Shown: positions 1 through 10,027 of the stretch, piece after piece
Layout: the number at the start of each line of letters is the position of its first letter
Position numbering within the stretch: position 1 is the first letter of the stretch
From: Pseudomonadota bacterium
Lineage (GTDB): Bacteria > Pseudomonadota > Gammaproteobacteria > Acidiferrobacterales > UBA6901
Length of the DNA stretch: 64,000 bases
NCBI GenBank assembly: GCA_021785515.1
Contig: JAJYEX010000006.1
Location: 100,251-164,250 of the forward strand
Direction of reading: 5' to 3'
Program-made: the position numbers and the translations under genes
The notes under the pieces: generated by a model
Told to the model about the DNA's origin: nothing
Database searches by the model: none
Seen by the model: the letters and a program-made list of their open reading frames with translations, nothing else

Positions 1-97
1 GACCCAAGGTTACCTTGACGGCGTCCGCCAGAATATTCACTCCACGCAGCATGCGAATGCGCGCGGAATCCCCAAACAATACGTCTTTAGCTGCCAT
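1..97 (-). CDS. groEL: Chaperonin GroEL, 5' part (truncated by window edge)
   Basis: Reverse strand from ATG at 97 reads [32 protein letters not shown]; lies directly downstream of groES. Confidence 0.97.
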   Translation of the reverse strand, partial: MAAKDVLFGDSARIRMLRGVNILADAVKVTLG

Positions 98-141
98 ATG
101 CCTTCCTCACTGAGTTCGTATCACGTCCTAGCAAACAGGAG

Positions 142-435
142 TTACTTGCCCTCGACCACACCCATGATGTCTTCTTCGCGCATCACGAGCAGCTCTTCGT
201 CCCCGACCTTAACCTCGGTACCGGAGTACTTGCCGAACAGCACACGGTCTCCGACTTTCACATCAAGCGGGCGCACCTGCCCATTCTCGAGAATCTTGCC
301 CTTGCCGGCGGCAACGACTTCGCCCTGTATGGGTTTCTCTTTTGCGGTATCTGGAATCACGATGCCGCCGGCGGTTTTGCGCTCTTCTTCTAGACGGCGC
401 ACGATGACACGGTCATGAAGTGGACGAATTTTCAC
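142..435 (-). CDS. groES: Co-chaperonin GroES
   Basis: [34 protein letters not shown]; GTG start at 435 preceded by CAGGAG RBS. Confidence 0.97.
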   Translation of the reverse strand: MKIRPLHDRVIVRRLEEERKTAGGIVIPDTAKEKPIQGEVVAAGKGKILENGQVRPLDVKVGDRVLFGKYSGTEVKVGDEELLVMREEDIMGVVEGK

Positions 436-535
436 TGATGCTTCTCCTGGTTTCTTTGCGGATTGTGCAGTCATTGCTCTTCCTCCTGATTTGCCAATGA
501 CAGGTCTAACCTTCGAGGCGGGGCGTCACAATTTA

Positions 536-562
536 TTAGCACTCGCCACAGGTGAGTGCCAA
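536..562. promoter_or_regulatory. CIRCE element (HrcA operator)
   Basis: TTAGCACTC-N9-GAGTGCCAA, one mismatch from consensus TTAGCACTC-N9-GAGTGCTAA, upstream of groES. Confidence 0.93.
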
Positions 563-590
563 TGATAGGGTTTATCCCCTTATTGTCAAG
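562..590 (-). promoter_or_regulatory. groESL promoter (sigma70-like, overlapping sigma32-like)
   Basis: Minus strand CTTGACA-N16-TATCAT with CCCTAT at the -10 end, immediately upstream of CIRCE. Confidence 0.65.
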
Positions 591-991
591 TCCTATACGT
601 CGGTTGTCGCTGGCCAATAGTTTTGCAACCCCGGCCACTATCGTGCCAGTCCCCCCGGGCGGAGCCGACGCGCTCCATCAAGCCGAACATCGGACTGCAG
701 CGAGAGCCGGCCTCACCAGGCTTTCAAGGAAATGACCCCCGCCGGAATATGCCGGGAAAATGGCTCTCGGCAGCAGAGTCGCGGGTTCAAACAACGCCGG
801 TGGCAAATGCTGGAACTGGTCCGACTAATTCCGGGTGGTTCAACCCGAACGCCAGGCGCCAACTCGGAGCGGGATTGAGGTCTGAAGATCGCGACTCCCG
901 GTTTTCTACGACAACGGAATAGGAAAAGAGGCCATCGGCAGGGTCCGCGACGGGGGAGGTCTATCCATAAAGACCCCGGCACAGCTTCACT

Positions 992-1029
992 AAAAAAAAG
1001 GGCGACATACACGTATGTTATGTCACCCT
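992..1029 (-). terminator. Intrinsic terminator on minus strand
   Basis: AGGGTGACATA-9 nt loop-TATGTCGCCCT followed by T-run; the single mismatch is a G-U wobble only on the minus strand. Confidence 0.75.
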
Positions 1030-1092
1030 AACCACACAACTTGGCACTCTAGCACCAAGAAGAAGTCCAAGAAAGTGACCGAATAAATCCGA
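992..1092 (-). ncRNA. Candidate small RNA divergent from cutA (5' end approximate)
   Basis: Terminator with no upstream minus-strand gene; small hairpin CTTGGTGC-TAGA-GTGCCAAG and GU-rich single-stranded stretch GTTGTGTGGTT. Confidence 0.4.
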
Positions 1093-1133
1093 TACTGGAC
1101 AATAATTTGCGACCACTCGCCACGGAGCGCCTG

Positions 1134-1463
1134 ATGACTGACCCCCTCTGCCAGATCGTTATCACGACCCTGCCTGACGGCCAAGCCGCACAGCGGCTGG
1201 GCACTACCCTCGTAGGGGAAGGCCTTGCAGCCTGCGTTAACATTCTGCCCGCGGGCCAATCCATATATACTTGGCACGGTAAGATAGAAACTGCGACGGA
1301 GTGCCTGGTTCTCGTCAAATCCCTGACAGCACGCTACAAGGCAATTGAGGAACGGATCCGCGCGCTGCACCCGTACGAACTTCCCGAAATTATCGCTGTC
1401 CCAATCGCGGACGGATTGTCCGCTTACCTAGCATGGCTCCACAACCCGGATACTGCTCCATGA
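1134..1463 (+). CDS. cutA: Divalent cation tolerance protein CutA
   Basis: GLAACVNILP...SIYTW...HPYELPEIIAVP motifs; upstream of dsbD as usual. Confidence 0.95.
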   Translation: MTDPLCQIVITTLPDGQAAQRLGTTLVGEGLAACVNILPAGQSIYTWHGKIETATECLVLVKSLTARYKAIEERIRALHPYELPEIIAVPIADGLSAYLAWLHNPDTAP

Positions 1464-3733
1464 AATCGCTGTACTGCTTTGTGCTGGGCACGGCAATCGC
1501 CCTGTCCGTCGTCTCTTCCGTCCGTGCCGACTCGCTACCGGGGGAAGCGCTTAATCCGGGTGCGGCGTTCGCTCTCAATGTAGAGGTCCAAAACCCCGAT
1601 ACCGTGGTCGCCCACTGGAAGATTGCCAAGGGCTATTACCTCTATCAGGACAAGTTCCGGTTTCTGGCACGCAGTGGGGGTGTCGTGCTGGGGCACCCCG
1701 TCTTCCCTGCTGCCCTCATCAAGCATGACGCTTTTGTAGGGAATGTCGCCGTCTACCGCAACGGCGTAAGCGTGGCGTTGCCATTGATGCGCACCAACCC
1801 GGCAGCCCAAAGTCTGAACCTGCAGGTGACCGCCCAGGGATGTGCTGATATGGGCATATGTTATCCGCCGATCACCAAGACGGTAGCGCTTGTTCTGCCG
1901 CCGGTCGCGGCCGCACAAGCTACAGTCTCCGCCGGAACCAACGGACCATTCCTCAGACGGGGACAGGCTTTCCGTCTCAGCGTCGCACGGCGGGATGCTC
2001 ATACGCTCAGCGCGCGTCTTATCATCGCGCCTGGCTACTATTTGTACCGCGACAAGATTCACTTCCGACTGTTGCCGGGCCAGGGAGTGCACCTGGCACC
2101 TTACGTCCTGCCAAACGGCTCCGTGAAGGTTGATCCCTTCATCGGACGCACCGAAATCTACCGTTCTCCGATAAGAGTGCTTCTGCCTCTGGTCGGAAAC
2201 ACCGCGCAGGTCGGGTCTTTGCGGCTGCGGGCACGCTACCAGGGCTGCGCAGAGAAAGGGATTTGCTATCCGCCGGTCACGAAGATTGTGACCGTGGCGA
2301 TGACCGGGCCTGGAGTGTTGAATGTCGCCACGTCGGCCGGTGGCCCGGCAGTCCCGCTGACACACCATGCTGACTTGGAGACCTATTTGATTGCGATGCT
2401 GGCAGCCTTCGGCACCGGCATTCTCCTGGCCTTCACGCCCTGCGTGCTGCCCATGATCCCGATACTCTCGAGCATCATCGTCGGACAAAGCGACCGTCAC
2501 GTCACCAAGTTGCGCGCCGGGGCGCTGTCAGTGTCCTACGTGCTGGGCACTGCCACGACCTACACCGTCGCCGGGGCGCTGGCCGGGGCCACCGGCGTTC
2601 AACTGCAGGCGTATTTCCAGAATCCCTACGCAATCGGCCTGTTCAGCGCCATATTCGTGCTTCTGGCGCTATCGATGTTTGGCTTCTACGAACTGCAGAT
2701 GCCCGCATTCATCCAGTCGCATCTGCACCGCCACAGCCAGGAACTGCACAAGAAGAGTGGCCAGTTCCGGGGCGGCGCATTCGTGGGCACATTCGCCCTG
2801 GGCCTGCTCTCCGCCCTGATCGTGGGCGCCTGTGTCTCCCCCCTGCTTATCTCGGCACTGGGCATCGCCATTTCGAGCCACGATCCGATGCTGGGTGCCG
2901 CCATCATGTTTTCGATCGCCATGGGCACCGGCGCTGTCCTCATAGCCTTGGGCGTGGGTGCGGGCGCGCTGATTCCGAAAGCCGGGGCCTGGATGGACCG
3001 CGTGAAACACGTCTTCGGTGTGCTGCTGCTCGGCATCGCCATCTACACCCTGAGCGCGCTGCCGCAGGTGCCGGTACTGCTGCTTTGGGCAGCGCTGCTG
3101 ATCGTCACCGGCATCTACCTCGGCGCCACGCAGTCTTTGCCGAAGGGCGCCAGCGGCTGGTACTACCTGTGGAAGGGTCTGGGCACCGTTATGCTGGTCT
3201 GGGGAATCGTGGCGCTGATTGGCGGCCTGAGCGGCCGACGCGATGTTCTTCAGCCGCTTCCGCCCGATGGCATCCCGGGTATCGCCTCCCGGATTGCCAC
3301 CGGCACAACCGGGGGGTTACCGGCGCCGCTGTTCCGACGCTACCCGGCCGGAAAGCAGATTTTGGCCGCCATGGCCACGGCGCGGATGCAAAACAAACCG
3401 GTGGTTCTTGATTTTTACGCCACCTGGTGCGTCGAGTGTGTCCAGCTCGAGCGCGGTACGTTTGCTGATTCGCGCGTGCGCGCCGCGTTGCAACCTTTCG
3501 TCACATTGCAAGCGGACGTCACCGACACCAATGCCACAACCCAGGCGTTCAAGCAACGGTTCGGCATCCTCGGGCCTCCGGCGGTATTGTGGTTTGCGCC
3601 GGATGGAAGGGAGCTGAAAAACCTCAACTTCTACGGGTACCGTTCCCCGGCTAAGTTTCTAGCCACGGTTCGTCGGGCCGAGGCTGAATTTTCGGGAAGG
3701 GAGCCGGCTGGCTCACCATCGGGAGCATCATGA
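1460..3733 (+). CDS. dsbD: Thiol:disulfide interchange protein DsbD with duplicated N-terminal domain
   Basis: Two GYYLY...QGCAxxGICYPP domains, TM domain AFTPCVLPM / GACVSP, C-terminal thioredoxin DFYATWCVEC. Confidence 0.95.
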   Translation: MKSLYCFVLGTAIALSVVSSVRADSLPGEALNPGAAFALNVEVQNPDTVVAHWKIAKGYYLYQDKFRFLARSGGVVLGHPVFPAALIKHDAFVGNVAVYRNGVSVALPLMRTNPAAQSLNLQVTAQGCADMGICYPPITKTVALVLPPVAAAQATVSAGTNGPFLRRGQAFRLSVARRDAHTLSARLIIAPGYYLYRDKIHFRLLPGQGVHLAPYVLPNGSVKVDPFIGRTEIYRSPIRVLLPLVGNTAQVGSLRLRARYQGCAEKGICYPPVTKIVTVAMTGPGVLNVATSAGGPAVPLTHHADLETYLIAMLAAFGTGILLAFTPCVLPMIPILSSIIVGQSDRHVTKLRAGALSVSYVLGTATTYTVAGALAGATGVQLQAYFQNPYAIGLFSAIFVLLALSMFGFYELQMPAFIQSHLHRHSQELHKKSGQFRGGAFVGTFALGLLSALIVGACVSPLLISALGIAISSHDPMLGAAIMFSIAMGTGAVLIALGVGAGALIPKAGAWMDRVKHVFGVLLLGIAIYTLSALPQVPVLLLWAALLIVTGIYLGATQSLPKGASGWYYLWKGLGTVMLVWGIVALIGGLSGRRDVLQPLPPDGIPGIASRIATGTTGGLPAPLFRRYPAGKQILAAMATARMQNKPVVLDFYATWCVECVQLERGTFADSRVRAALQPFVTLQADVTDTNATTQAFKQRFGILGPPAVLWFAPDGRELKNLNFYGYRSPAKFLATVRRAEAEFSGREPAGSPSGAS

Positions 3734-4278
3734 TGAAGAGATTTGTATTACTGGCATCAGCCGCGATCATCGCGGGTATCGTTGGCGTATGGCTCGGGCA
3801 ACGCCTGCACCACACCTCCAACTCCGCCACCCTGACTCCCTTCGCACCGGTCGCGGTGACGAGCAAGCATGCTGCCGCCTTCACGCTCCCGGACCTCCGG
3901 GGACACGAGCGGAGCATTCAGGACTGGAAGGGCAAGGTCCGCATCGTGAATTTCTGGGCGACCTGGTGCCCCCCCTGCCGGGAGGAGATCCCGGAGTTCA
4001 TCCGGGCCCAGCGTCGCTACGGGCCTAAGGGATTGCAGATCATTGGCATTGCGGTCGATCGCACCTCCCGGGTGATCGCCTTCTACCGGGCGCGAAACAT
4101 GAACTACCCGGTGCTGCTGGGAGAAGGGGCAGGTCCGGAACTTATGGCAAAATACGGCGACAGCGAGGGAGGCCTGCCCTACAGCATCATTCTTAACCGC
4201 CAAGGACACATCGTGGCCCGGAAGCTGGGTGCATTCACTGAAACCGAACTGAACGACACCCTGAAGCGTTTGCTCTAG
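3730..4278 (+). CDS. TlpA/ResA-family thiol:disulfide oxidoreductase
   Basis: N-terminal TM anchor, VNFWATWCPPCREEIP, GLPYS. Confidence 0.92.
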   Translation: MMKRFVLLASAAIIAGIVGVWLGQRLHHTSNSATLTPFAPVAVTSKHAAAFTLPDLRGHERSIQDWKGKVRIVNFWATWCPPCREEIPEFIRAQRRYGPKGLQIIGIAVDRTSRVIAFYRARNMNYPVLLGEGAGPELMAKYGDSEGGLPYSIILNRQGHIVARKLGAFTETELNDTLKRLL

Positions 4279-4472
4279 TCCATGGCGGAAAAACCTAAAA
4301 TGCGCCAGTCCGGCCGCTTCACCCATCGAACTCCGGCGAAATCGCCGCAATCTGCCCTGAACTGGACATTACCTACGCATCTGCGTACTATCCTCAGCCC
4401 GAACCACACCGTGGTGGCATGAAAACGTGTACCGTTCCGCCCTAGGCAGCGGGCGACATCGACCGGAGGGCT

Positions 4473-4955
4473 ATGGCCGAGATACTGGTACTCAATGGTC
4501 CGAATCTCAATCTGCTTGGGGTGCGGGAACCGCAACACTACGGTTCTACCGATCTTGGCACGATAAACTCCGAACTGGTGCGGATCGCGCAGGGAACCGG
4601 GCACAATCTGAGCTTTTTCCAGAGCAATGCCGAACATGAACTGGTGCAACGAGTGCACCAGGCCATGGAGCAGAAAACCAGTTTTATCCTGCTGAATCCG
4701 GCTGCCTTCACCCATACCAGCATTGCATTGCGCGATGCGCTCGCGGCAACGGGCATTCCGTTCATTGAGATCCATCTCTCGAACGTTCATGCGCGCGAAC
4801 CGTTCCGGCACCGCTCCTATTTCTCTGATCTCGCCTGTGGCGTCATCAGCGGCCTCGGTGCTCAAGGCTATGAGTTGGCACTGGCAGCTGCGATCCGGCA
4901 CTTAAAAAACCAGGACAAAAAAAGTGGACATACGCAAAATCAAGAAACTCATTGA
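4473..4955 (+). CDS. aroQ: Type II 3-dehydroquinate dehydratase
   Basis: [42 protein letters not shown]. Confidence 0.97.
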   Translation: MAEILVLNGPNLNLLGVREPQHYGSTDLGTINSELVRIAQGTGHNLSFFQSNAEHELVQRVHQAMEQKTSFILLNPAAFTHTSIALRDALAATGIPFIEIHLSNVHAREPFRHRSYFSDLACGVISGLGAQGYELALAAAIRHLKNQDKKSGHTQNQETH

Positions 4956-5385
4956 GATGCTTGAGGAATCCAACCTCTCGGAAATCGAAATCCGCGAGGG
5001 GGAAGAAACCATCCGGCTGAGCCGCATACTGACCGCTCTTCCGGCTGCACCGATCCTGACGCAGGCGCAATTCCCGGTTTCGGCGGCGCCCGCGGCGGCC
5101 CTACCCGCTGCGGAGGCCGGCAGGCCTGCGGAAGCCGCTGCTGCTCCATCCGGTCACGTGGTGACTTCTCCGATGGTCGGCAGCTTCTACCGCTCGCCCT
5201 CTCCCAATGCGGCGCCGTTTGTGGAGGTGGGCGCTCAGGTCAAGGTGGGCGACACCTTGTGCATCATCGAGGCAATGAAGATGCTAAACCCGATCGAGGC
5301 CGACAAGGCAGGGGTGATCAAGGCCATCCTCAAGGAGAACGGCCAGCCTGTGGAATACGGTGAACCGCTGTTTGTCATTGAATAA
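4924..5385 (+). CDS. accB: Biotin carboxyl carrier protein
   Basis: [11 protein letters not shown]..., [13 protein letters not shown] biotinylation motif. Confidence 0.98.
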   Translation: MDIRKIKKLIEMLEESNLSEIEIREGEETIRLSRILTALPAAPILTQAQFPVSAAPAAALPAAEAGRPAEAAAAPSGHVVTSPMVGSFYRSPSPNAAPFVEVGAQVKVGDTLCIIEAMKMLNPIEADKAGVIKAILKENGQPVEYGEPLFVIE

Positions 5386-5408
5386 TCATTGTCCGGCCTG
5401 GCAACACC

Positions 5409-6749
5409 ATGATCGAAAAAATTGTTATAGCCAATCGCGGTGAAATCGCACTGCGCATCCAGCGCGCCTGTCGCGCTCTGGGCATCCGTACCGTGGCGTT
5501 GCATTCGGAAGCCGACCGCGACGCGAAATACGTCAAACTGGCTGACGAGTCGGTATGCATTGGTCCCCCGCCCGCCCGCGACAGTTACCTGAACATACCA
5601 GCGGTCATTAGCGCCGCCGAGGTCACCGATGCCGTCGCCATTCATCCCGGCTACGGCTTTTTATCGGAGAACGCCGATTTTGCTGAGCGCGTCGAACAGA
5701 GCGGATTCATATTCATCGGTCCGCGGGCCGAAACCATACGGCTTATGGGAGACAAGATTTCCGCGATCCGCGCGATGAAAAAGGCCGGGGTACCCTGCGT
5801 ACCCGGCTCCGACGGACCGCTTTCCGGTGACGACGATGAAAACCTGCGCTTGGCCGAGGACATCGGCTACCCCGTGCTCATCAAAGCCACGGGTGGCGGT
5901 GGAGGCAAGGGGATGCGCGTGGTCCACAGCGAGGCCGCGCTGCGCAACGCCATCTCTCTCACCCGTGCCGAAGCCAAGGCCGCGTTCAATAATGACATCG
6001 TCTACATGGAGAAGTACCTCGAGAATCCTCGGCACGTGGAGTTTCAGGTACTGGCCGACGAGCACGGCAACGCGATCCATCTGGGTGAGCGTGACTGTTC
6101 GATGCAACGGCGCCACCAGAAGGTTGTGGAGGAAAGTCCCGCCCCAGGCATATCGGACAGGGTGCGGCAGCGCATGGGCGAGCGCTGCGCCGACGCCTGC
6201 CGCAAAATCGGATATCGGGGCGCCGGGACCTTCGAGTTTCTATATGAGAATGGCGAGTTCTATTTTATCGAGATGAACACGCGGGTGCAGGTCGAGCATC
6301 CCGTAACCGAGCTGGTCACGGGCGTGGACATTGTCCGCGAACAGCTTCTGATCGCATCGGGCGAACGCCTGTCGTACCGACAGAAGGACATCACATGGCA
6401 GGGGCATGCAATCGAGTGCCGCATTAATGCCGAAGATCCACGGACCTTCATGCCCTCACCGGGACGCATCACCCAATTTCATCAGCCTGGGGGTCCCGGA
6501 ATTCGGGTTGATTCCCATGTCTACAACAATTACGTGGTCCCCCCCTACTACGATTCGATGATCGGCAAGCTCATCGCATACGGTGCAAACCGCGAAACTG
6601 CCATGGCGCGCATGCGCATCGCGCTCAGCGAGATGGTGATCGACGGAATACGGACGAACATCGCCCTGCATCAGGACATCATGAACGACGCCGCGTTCGG
6701 TGTCGGCGGAGTAAACATCCACTACCTTGAAAAGAAGCTTGGACTATGA
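5409..6749 (+). CDS. accC: Biotin carboxylase
   Basis: [44 protein letters not shown]. Confidence 0.98.
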   Translation: MIEKIVIANRGEIALRIQRACRALGIRTVALHSEADRDAKYVKLADESVCIGPPPARDSYLNIPAVISAAEVTDAVAIHPGYGFLSENADFAERVEQSGFIFIGPRAETIRLMGDKISAIRAMKKAGVPCVPGSDGPLSGDDDENLRLAEDIGYPVLIKATGGGGGKGMRVVHSEAALRNAISLTRAEAKAAFNNDIVYMEKYLENPRHVEFQVLADEHGNAIHLGERDCSMQRRHQKVVEESPAPGISDRVRQRMGERCADACRKIGYRGAGTFEFLYENGEFYFIEMNTRVQVEHPVTELVTGVDIVREQLLIASGERLSYRQKDITWQGHAIECRINAEDPRTFMPSPGRITQFHQPGGPGIRVDSHVYNNYVVPPYYDSMIGKLIAYGANRETAMARMRIALSEMVIDGIRTNIALHQDIMNDAAFGVGGVNIHYLEKKLGL

Positions 6750-6865
6750 GTTTCCTGCCTGGGCTTGCAAGCTCATCCGTCAGGGTCCGGAACACGAACC
6801 CGGCTCAGCCGCGGCGCAGGCGACCCTCAGAGCGTCGCCCGACGAAAGCCATCGGCTGATCGGCC

Positions 6866-7759
6866 GTGCCCTGGCTTCGCATACGCCTGAAAACCGGCCG
6901 TGAGCAGGCCGACAGCGTCTCCGAAGCCATGGAGCGTTGCGGCGCATTGGCGGTCATGCTGGAGGACGCGGGTGATGAAGCCCTTTTTGCCGGCCCTGGC
7001 CATGACAGCCCGCGCCTGTGGGCGCAAACCAGTCTGAGCGCGCTGCTGCCGGCGGACATCGAACCGACGCGGTTTGCAGATGAGGTGGCGGCACTGCTGG
7101 GCATCGACAAACCGCCGGCCTGGGAAACCGATCTGCTGCCGGACCAGGACTGGGAGCGGGTGTGGATGGACCGGTTCCAGCCGCTGCATGTCGGCGCAGA
7201 CCTGTGGATCTGTCCCAGCTGGCTTGCACCGCCTCCGCCACCGGCGATATCGGTCGTGCTGGATCCCGGTCTCGCATTCGGCACCGGCACCCACGCGACG
7301 ACCTCGCTGTGCCTGGAGTGGCTTGCAACCCACTCGCTGGCGGAATGCGAGCTCGTGGATTTTGGCTGCGGCTCCGGCATTCTGGCGATTGCCGCATTGA
7401 AGCTTGGCGCACGCAGCGCCTGGGCCATCGACATCGATGATGGAGCGCTGGCGGTCACCTGCGAAAACGCCGTGCGGAACGAGGTGCACGGCCGCTTGAC
7501 CGCCACGCTTCCGGACTCCCTTCCGGCCGGCATCCAGGCCGACGTCGTGGTTGCGAATATTCTGGCAGCCCCGCTGATCGAACTGGCGCCCCACCTGGCT
7601 GCACTGACCCGTACTGGCGGCGTACTGCTGTTGTCCGGAATGCTGGAACAGCAAGCGGCTGAAGTCGGGCTGCACTACTCGCGGAACTTCATCGTCGAGT
7701 CTTGCCAGCGCGACGGCTGGGCCCTGCTTGTATGCCGCAAGACTCCATCGGGCGACTGA
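6866..7759 (+). CDS. prmA: Ribosomal protein L11 methyltransferase
   Basis: LDPGLAFGTGTHATT, DFGCGSGILAI, ANILA. Confidence 0.96.
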   Translation: MPWLRIRLKTGREQADSVSEAMERCGALAVMLEDAGDEALFAGPGHDSPRLWAQTSLSALLPADIEPTRFADEVAALLGIDKPPAWETDLLPDQDWERVWMDRFQPLHVGADLWICPSWLAPPPPPAISVVLDPGLAFGTGTHATTSLCLEWLATHSLAECELVDFGCGSGILAIAALKLGARSAWAIDIDDGALAVTCENAVRNEVHGRLTATLPDSLPAGIQADVVVANILAAPLIELAPHLAALTRTGGVLLLSGMLEQQAAEVGLHYSRNFIVESCQRDGWALLVCRKTPSGD

Positions 7760-7762
7760 ATC

Positions 7763-8515
7763 ATGTACACCCGCTGCCCGCAATGCCAGACCATATTCAA
7801 GCTCTCCGAGGCCGAACGCACCGCACGTGGGGGCTTGGTGCGATGCGGCCGGTGCGCCACCGTATTCCAGAGCAACAATACGCTGCTCGCGGAACTACCT
7901 CGCAAGGAGACAACGGACACGCCTCAACCCGCTCGGGTCCGGGTCGAACACTCCGTGGACGCCACGGCCCCAGGCGCCGCCCCGGATCCCAAGATCGCGG
8001 AATTCCCGCTGCTTGGCCGTGTCCGACGGCCGCGCACGCGCACGCCATTCTGGATTCTCGGCAATCTGCTGCTGCTGCTGCTGCTCAGCGCCCAGGGCCT
8101 GTATTTCTACGGCGCGACGCTTGCGCAGCGCTACCCGCCGCTCAGCCGGATTGCGACAGACATGCGACAGTGGCTGGGCCTGCGAACGGTGGCGCGGACC
8201 GATATCTCCCTGATCGACCTGGAAAGGGCTCAGATAGCCTTGCGCCCGAACCTTGCCAATGCGCTACGCATTACCGCAACGCTGGTTAATCGCGCGTCCT
8301 ACAGGCAACCCTTCCCGCTGCTGGAGGTCACGTTCAACGGAAACGGCGGCGAGGTGATTGCAAGACGCGTGTTTTACCCCCGCGAATACCTCGGCACAAC
8401 CCCACCCCCCGCCGACATGCCCCCGAATGTTGCAGTTCCGGTCTCATTCGACGTGCTCAATCCCGGAAACAGAGCCGTCGGCTACGAAATCCAGATCTTC
8501 TCCGGCGGGCGGTAA
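7763..8515 (+). CDS. Zinc-ribbon + DUF3426 membrane protein
   Basis: MYTRCPQCQT...VRCGRC zinc ribbon, single TM, conserved prmA-dusB position. Confidence 0.85.
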   Translation: MYTRCPQCQTIFKLSEAERTARGGLVRCGRCATVFQSNNTLLAELPRKETTDTPQPARVRVEHSVDATAPGAAPDPKIAEFPLLGRVRRPRTRTPFWILGNLLLLLLLSAQGLYFYGATLAQRYPPLSRIATDMRQWLGLRTVARTDISLIDLERAQIALRPNLANALRITATLVNRASYRQPFPLLEVTFNGNGGEVIARRVFYPREYLGTTPPPADMPPNVAVPVSFDVLNPGNRAVGYEIQIFSGGR

Positions 8516-8645
8516 CTACTGTCCGTCAGCAGACATACGGAGTCCGGCGACACGGGACCACCGCGCGTCCTGGAACCTCTTCCCTGTATGCACAATTTGT
8601 GAGTATTATGCCGCCCTTTCCCTCTGCGACTTGAACAAGACCTCG

Positions 8646-9644
8646 ATGCGACTGGGTCCCTGCACGCTGACGAACAACCTTATCGTCGCCCCAATGGCCG
8701 GGGTCACGGATCGCCCGTTTCGCCAGCTGTGTCGCAGGCTCGGTGCCGGCATGGCGGTTTCGGAGATGGTTTCGTCGAATTCACTTCTGTGGGGCAGCGA
8801 GAAAACCCTGCGGCGCGCGAACCATGACGGCGAACCGGAACCGAAGTCGGTGCAGCTCGCGGGAGCCGATCCGGCAATGATGGCCGAGGCAGCCCGTCAC
8901 AACGTGGACCGCGGCGCGCAGATCATCGACATCAACATGGGCTGCCCGGCGAAAAAGGTCTGTAATGTACAGGCAGGATCCGCGCTGCTGCGCGATGAAT
9001 CGCTGGTCGTGCGCATCCTCGAGGCGGTCGTGCGCAGCGTCGACGTTCCGGTATCGCTCAAGATCCGCACCGGCTGGGACCGGGATCACCGCAACGGCGT
9101 GCGAATCGCGCAGATCGCTGAAACAGCCGGGATCCAGGCGCTGGCAGTGCACGGCCGCACCCGTGCCGACGCTTTCCAGGGCGAGGCTGAGTACGAGACC
9201 ATCGCGGCAATCAGGGCAGCTGTCCGCATCCCGGTCATTGCCAATGGCGACATCGACTCTCCACAGAAAGCGAGGCAGGTTCTGGAGAAAACTGGAGCCG
9301 ATGGCGTGATGATCGGCCGCGCCGCCCAGGGCCGGCCATGGATTTTCCGGGAGATCGCCCACTTCCTGCGCACCGGAACACTTCTGCCCGAACCGTCTCC
9401 TGAAGAGATCCGCGACATCTTGCTGGGGCATCTGTCCGATCTGTACGCATTCTACGGCGAACACCTGGGAGTACGCATCGCCCGCAAGCACATATCCTGG
9501 TACAGCAAGGGGTTCGTCGGGGGCAGCACCTTCCGGCATGCGATCAATCAGGCGGAAACGGCTGCAGTCCAGGTGGAGATGATCCAGGAATTTTTCGGGC
9601 GGCAGGCGGACGCGCTCGGGCGCACCGCCGGGATCGCTGCATGA
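8646..9644 (+). CDS. dusB: tRNA-dihydrouridine synthase B
   Basis: APMAGVTDRPFR, DINMGCPAKKV, AVHGRTR; upstream of fis. Confidence 0.97.
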   Translation: MRLGPCTLTNNLIVAPMAGVTDRPFRQLCRRLGAGMAVSEMVSSNSLLWGSEKTLRRANHDGEPEPKSVQLAGADPAMMAEAARHNVDRGAQIIDINMGCPAKKVCNVQAGSALLRDESLVVRILEAVVRSVDVPVSLKIRTGWDRDHRNGVRIAQIAETAGIQALAVHGRTRADAFQGEAEYETIAAIRAAVRIPVIANGDIDSPQKARQVLEKTGADGVMIGRAAQGRPWIFREIAHFLRTGTLLPEPSPEEIRDILLGHLSDLYAFYGEHLGVRIARKHISWYSKGFVGGSTFRHAINQAETAAVQVEMIQEFFGRQADALGRTAGIAA

Positions 9645-9886
9645 AGGAACACCACCGCAAGGGTCCACTCGCGTCCTGTGTCCGCAACGCCCTGGAACGC
9701 TACTTCCAAGACCTGGATGGCGAAAAGCCGGGCAGCCTGTACGCGCTGGTGATCAGCGAAGTCGAACGGCCATTGCTCGAAGCTGTCATGCATCACGCGC
9801 AGAGCAACCAGTGCAAGGCGGCACGGATGCTCGGCATCAACCGCAACACCTTGCGCAAGAAACTCAAACTGTACGGCCTGGACTGA
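9641..9886 (+). CDS. fis: Fis DNA-binding protein
   Basis: EVERPLL...NQCKAARMLGINRNTLRKKL HTH. Confidence 0.95.
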   Translation: MKEHHRKGPLASCVRNALERYFQDLDGEKPGSLYALVISEVERPLLEAVMHHAQSNQCKAARMLGINRNTLRKKLKLYGLD

Positions 9887-10027
9887 CCCGACTCAGGACT
9901 GCAACGGGCGGCGCTCACGGACACCGGGCATGCCCCCTTCCGGCCGGGTACGGGATCGACCGGTCCAGCGGTTTGGCCGCCGTAGTTTCGCCAACAACCG
10001 TCACTTCATATTTTTTAAAGAGGCATC

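Noticed and set aside
635-650. Weak sigma54-like GG-N10-GC motifs (minus ~635-650; also near 21117 and 46857)
   Set aside because: The -12 elements deviate from TTGC and no supporting IHF site is visible; likely chance in GC-rich DNA
623-1012. Short ORFs between groES and cutA
   Set aside because: No RBS, no recognisable motifs, overlapping on both strands; also no tRNA cloverleaf despite GGTTCAA strings
1041-1049. TTGGCACTC as a second CIRCE
   Set aside because: Only a half-site; no partner arm at 9-nt spacing
9887-10027. Possible ZMP/ZTP (pfl) riboswitch upstream of purH
   Set aside because: The conserved GACUGGCG and CGCCUGGGC elements are not present; only loose GC-rich similarity
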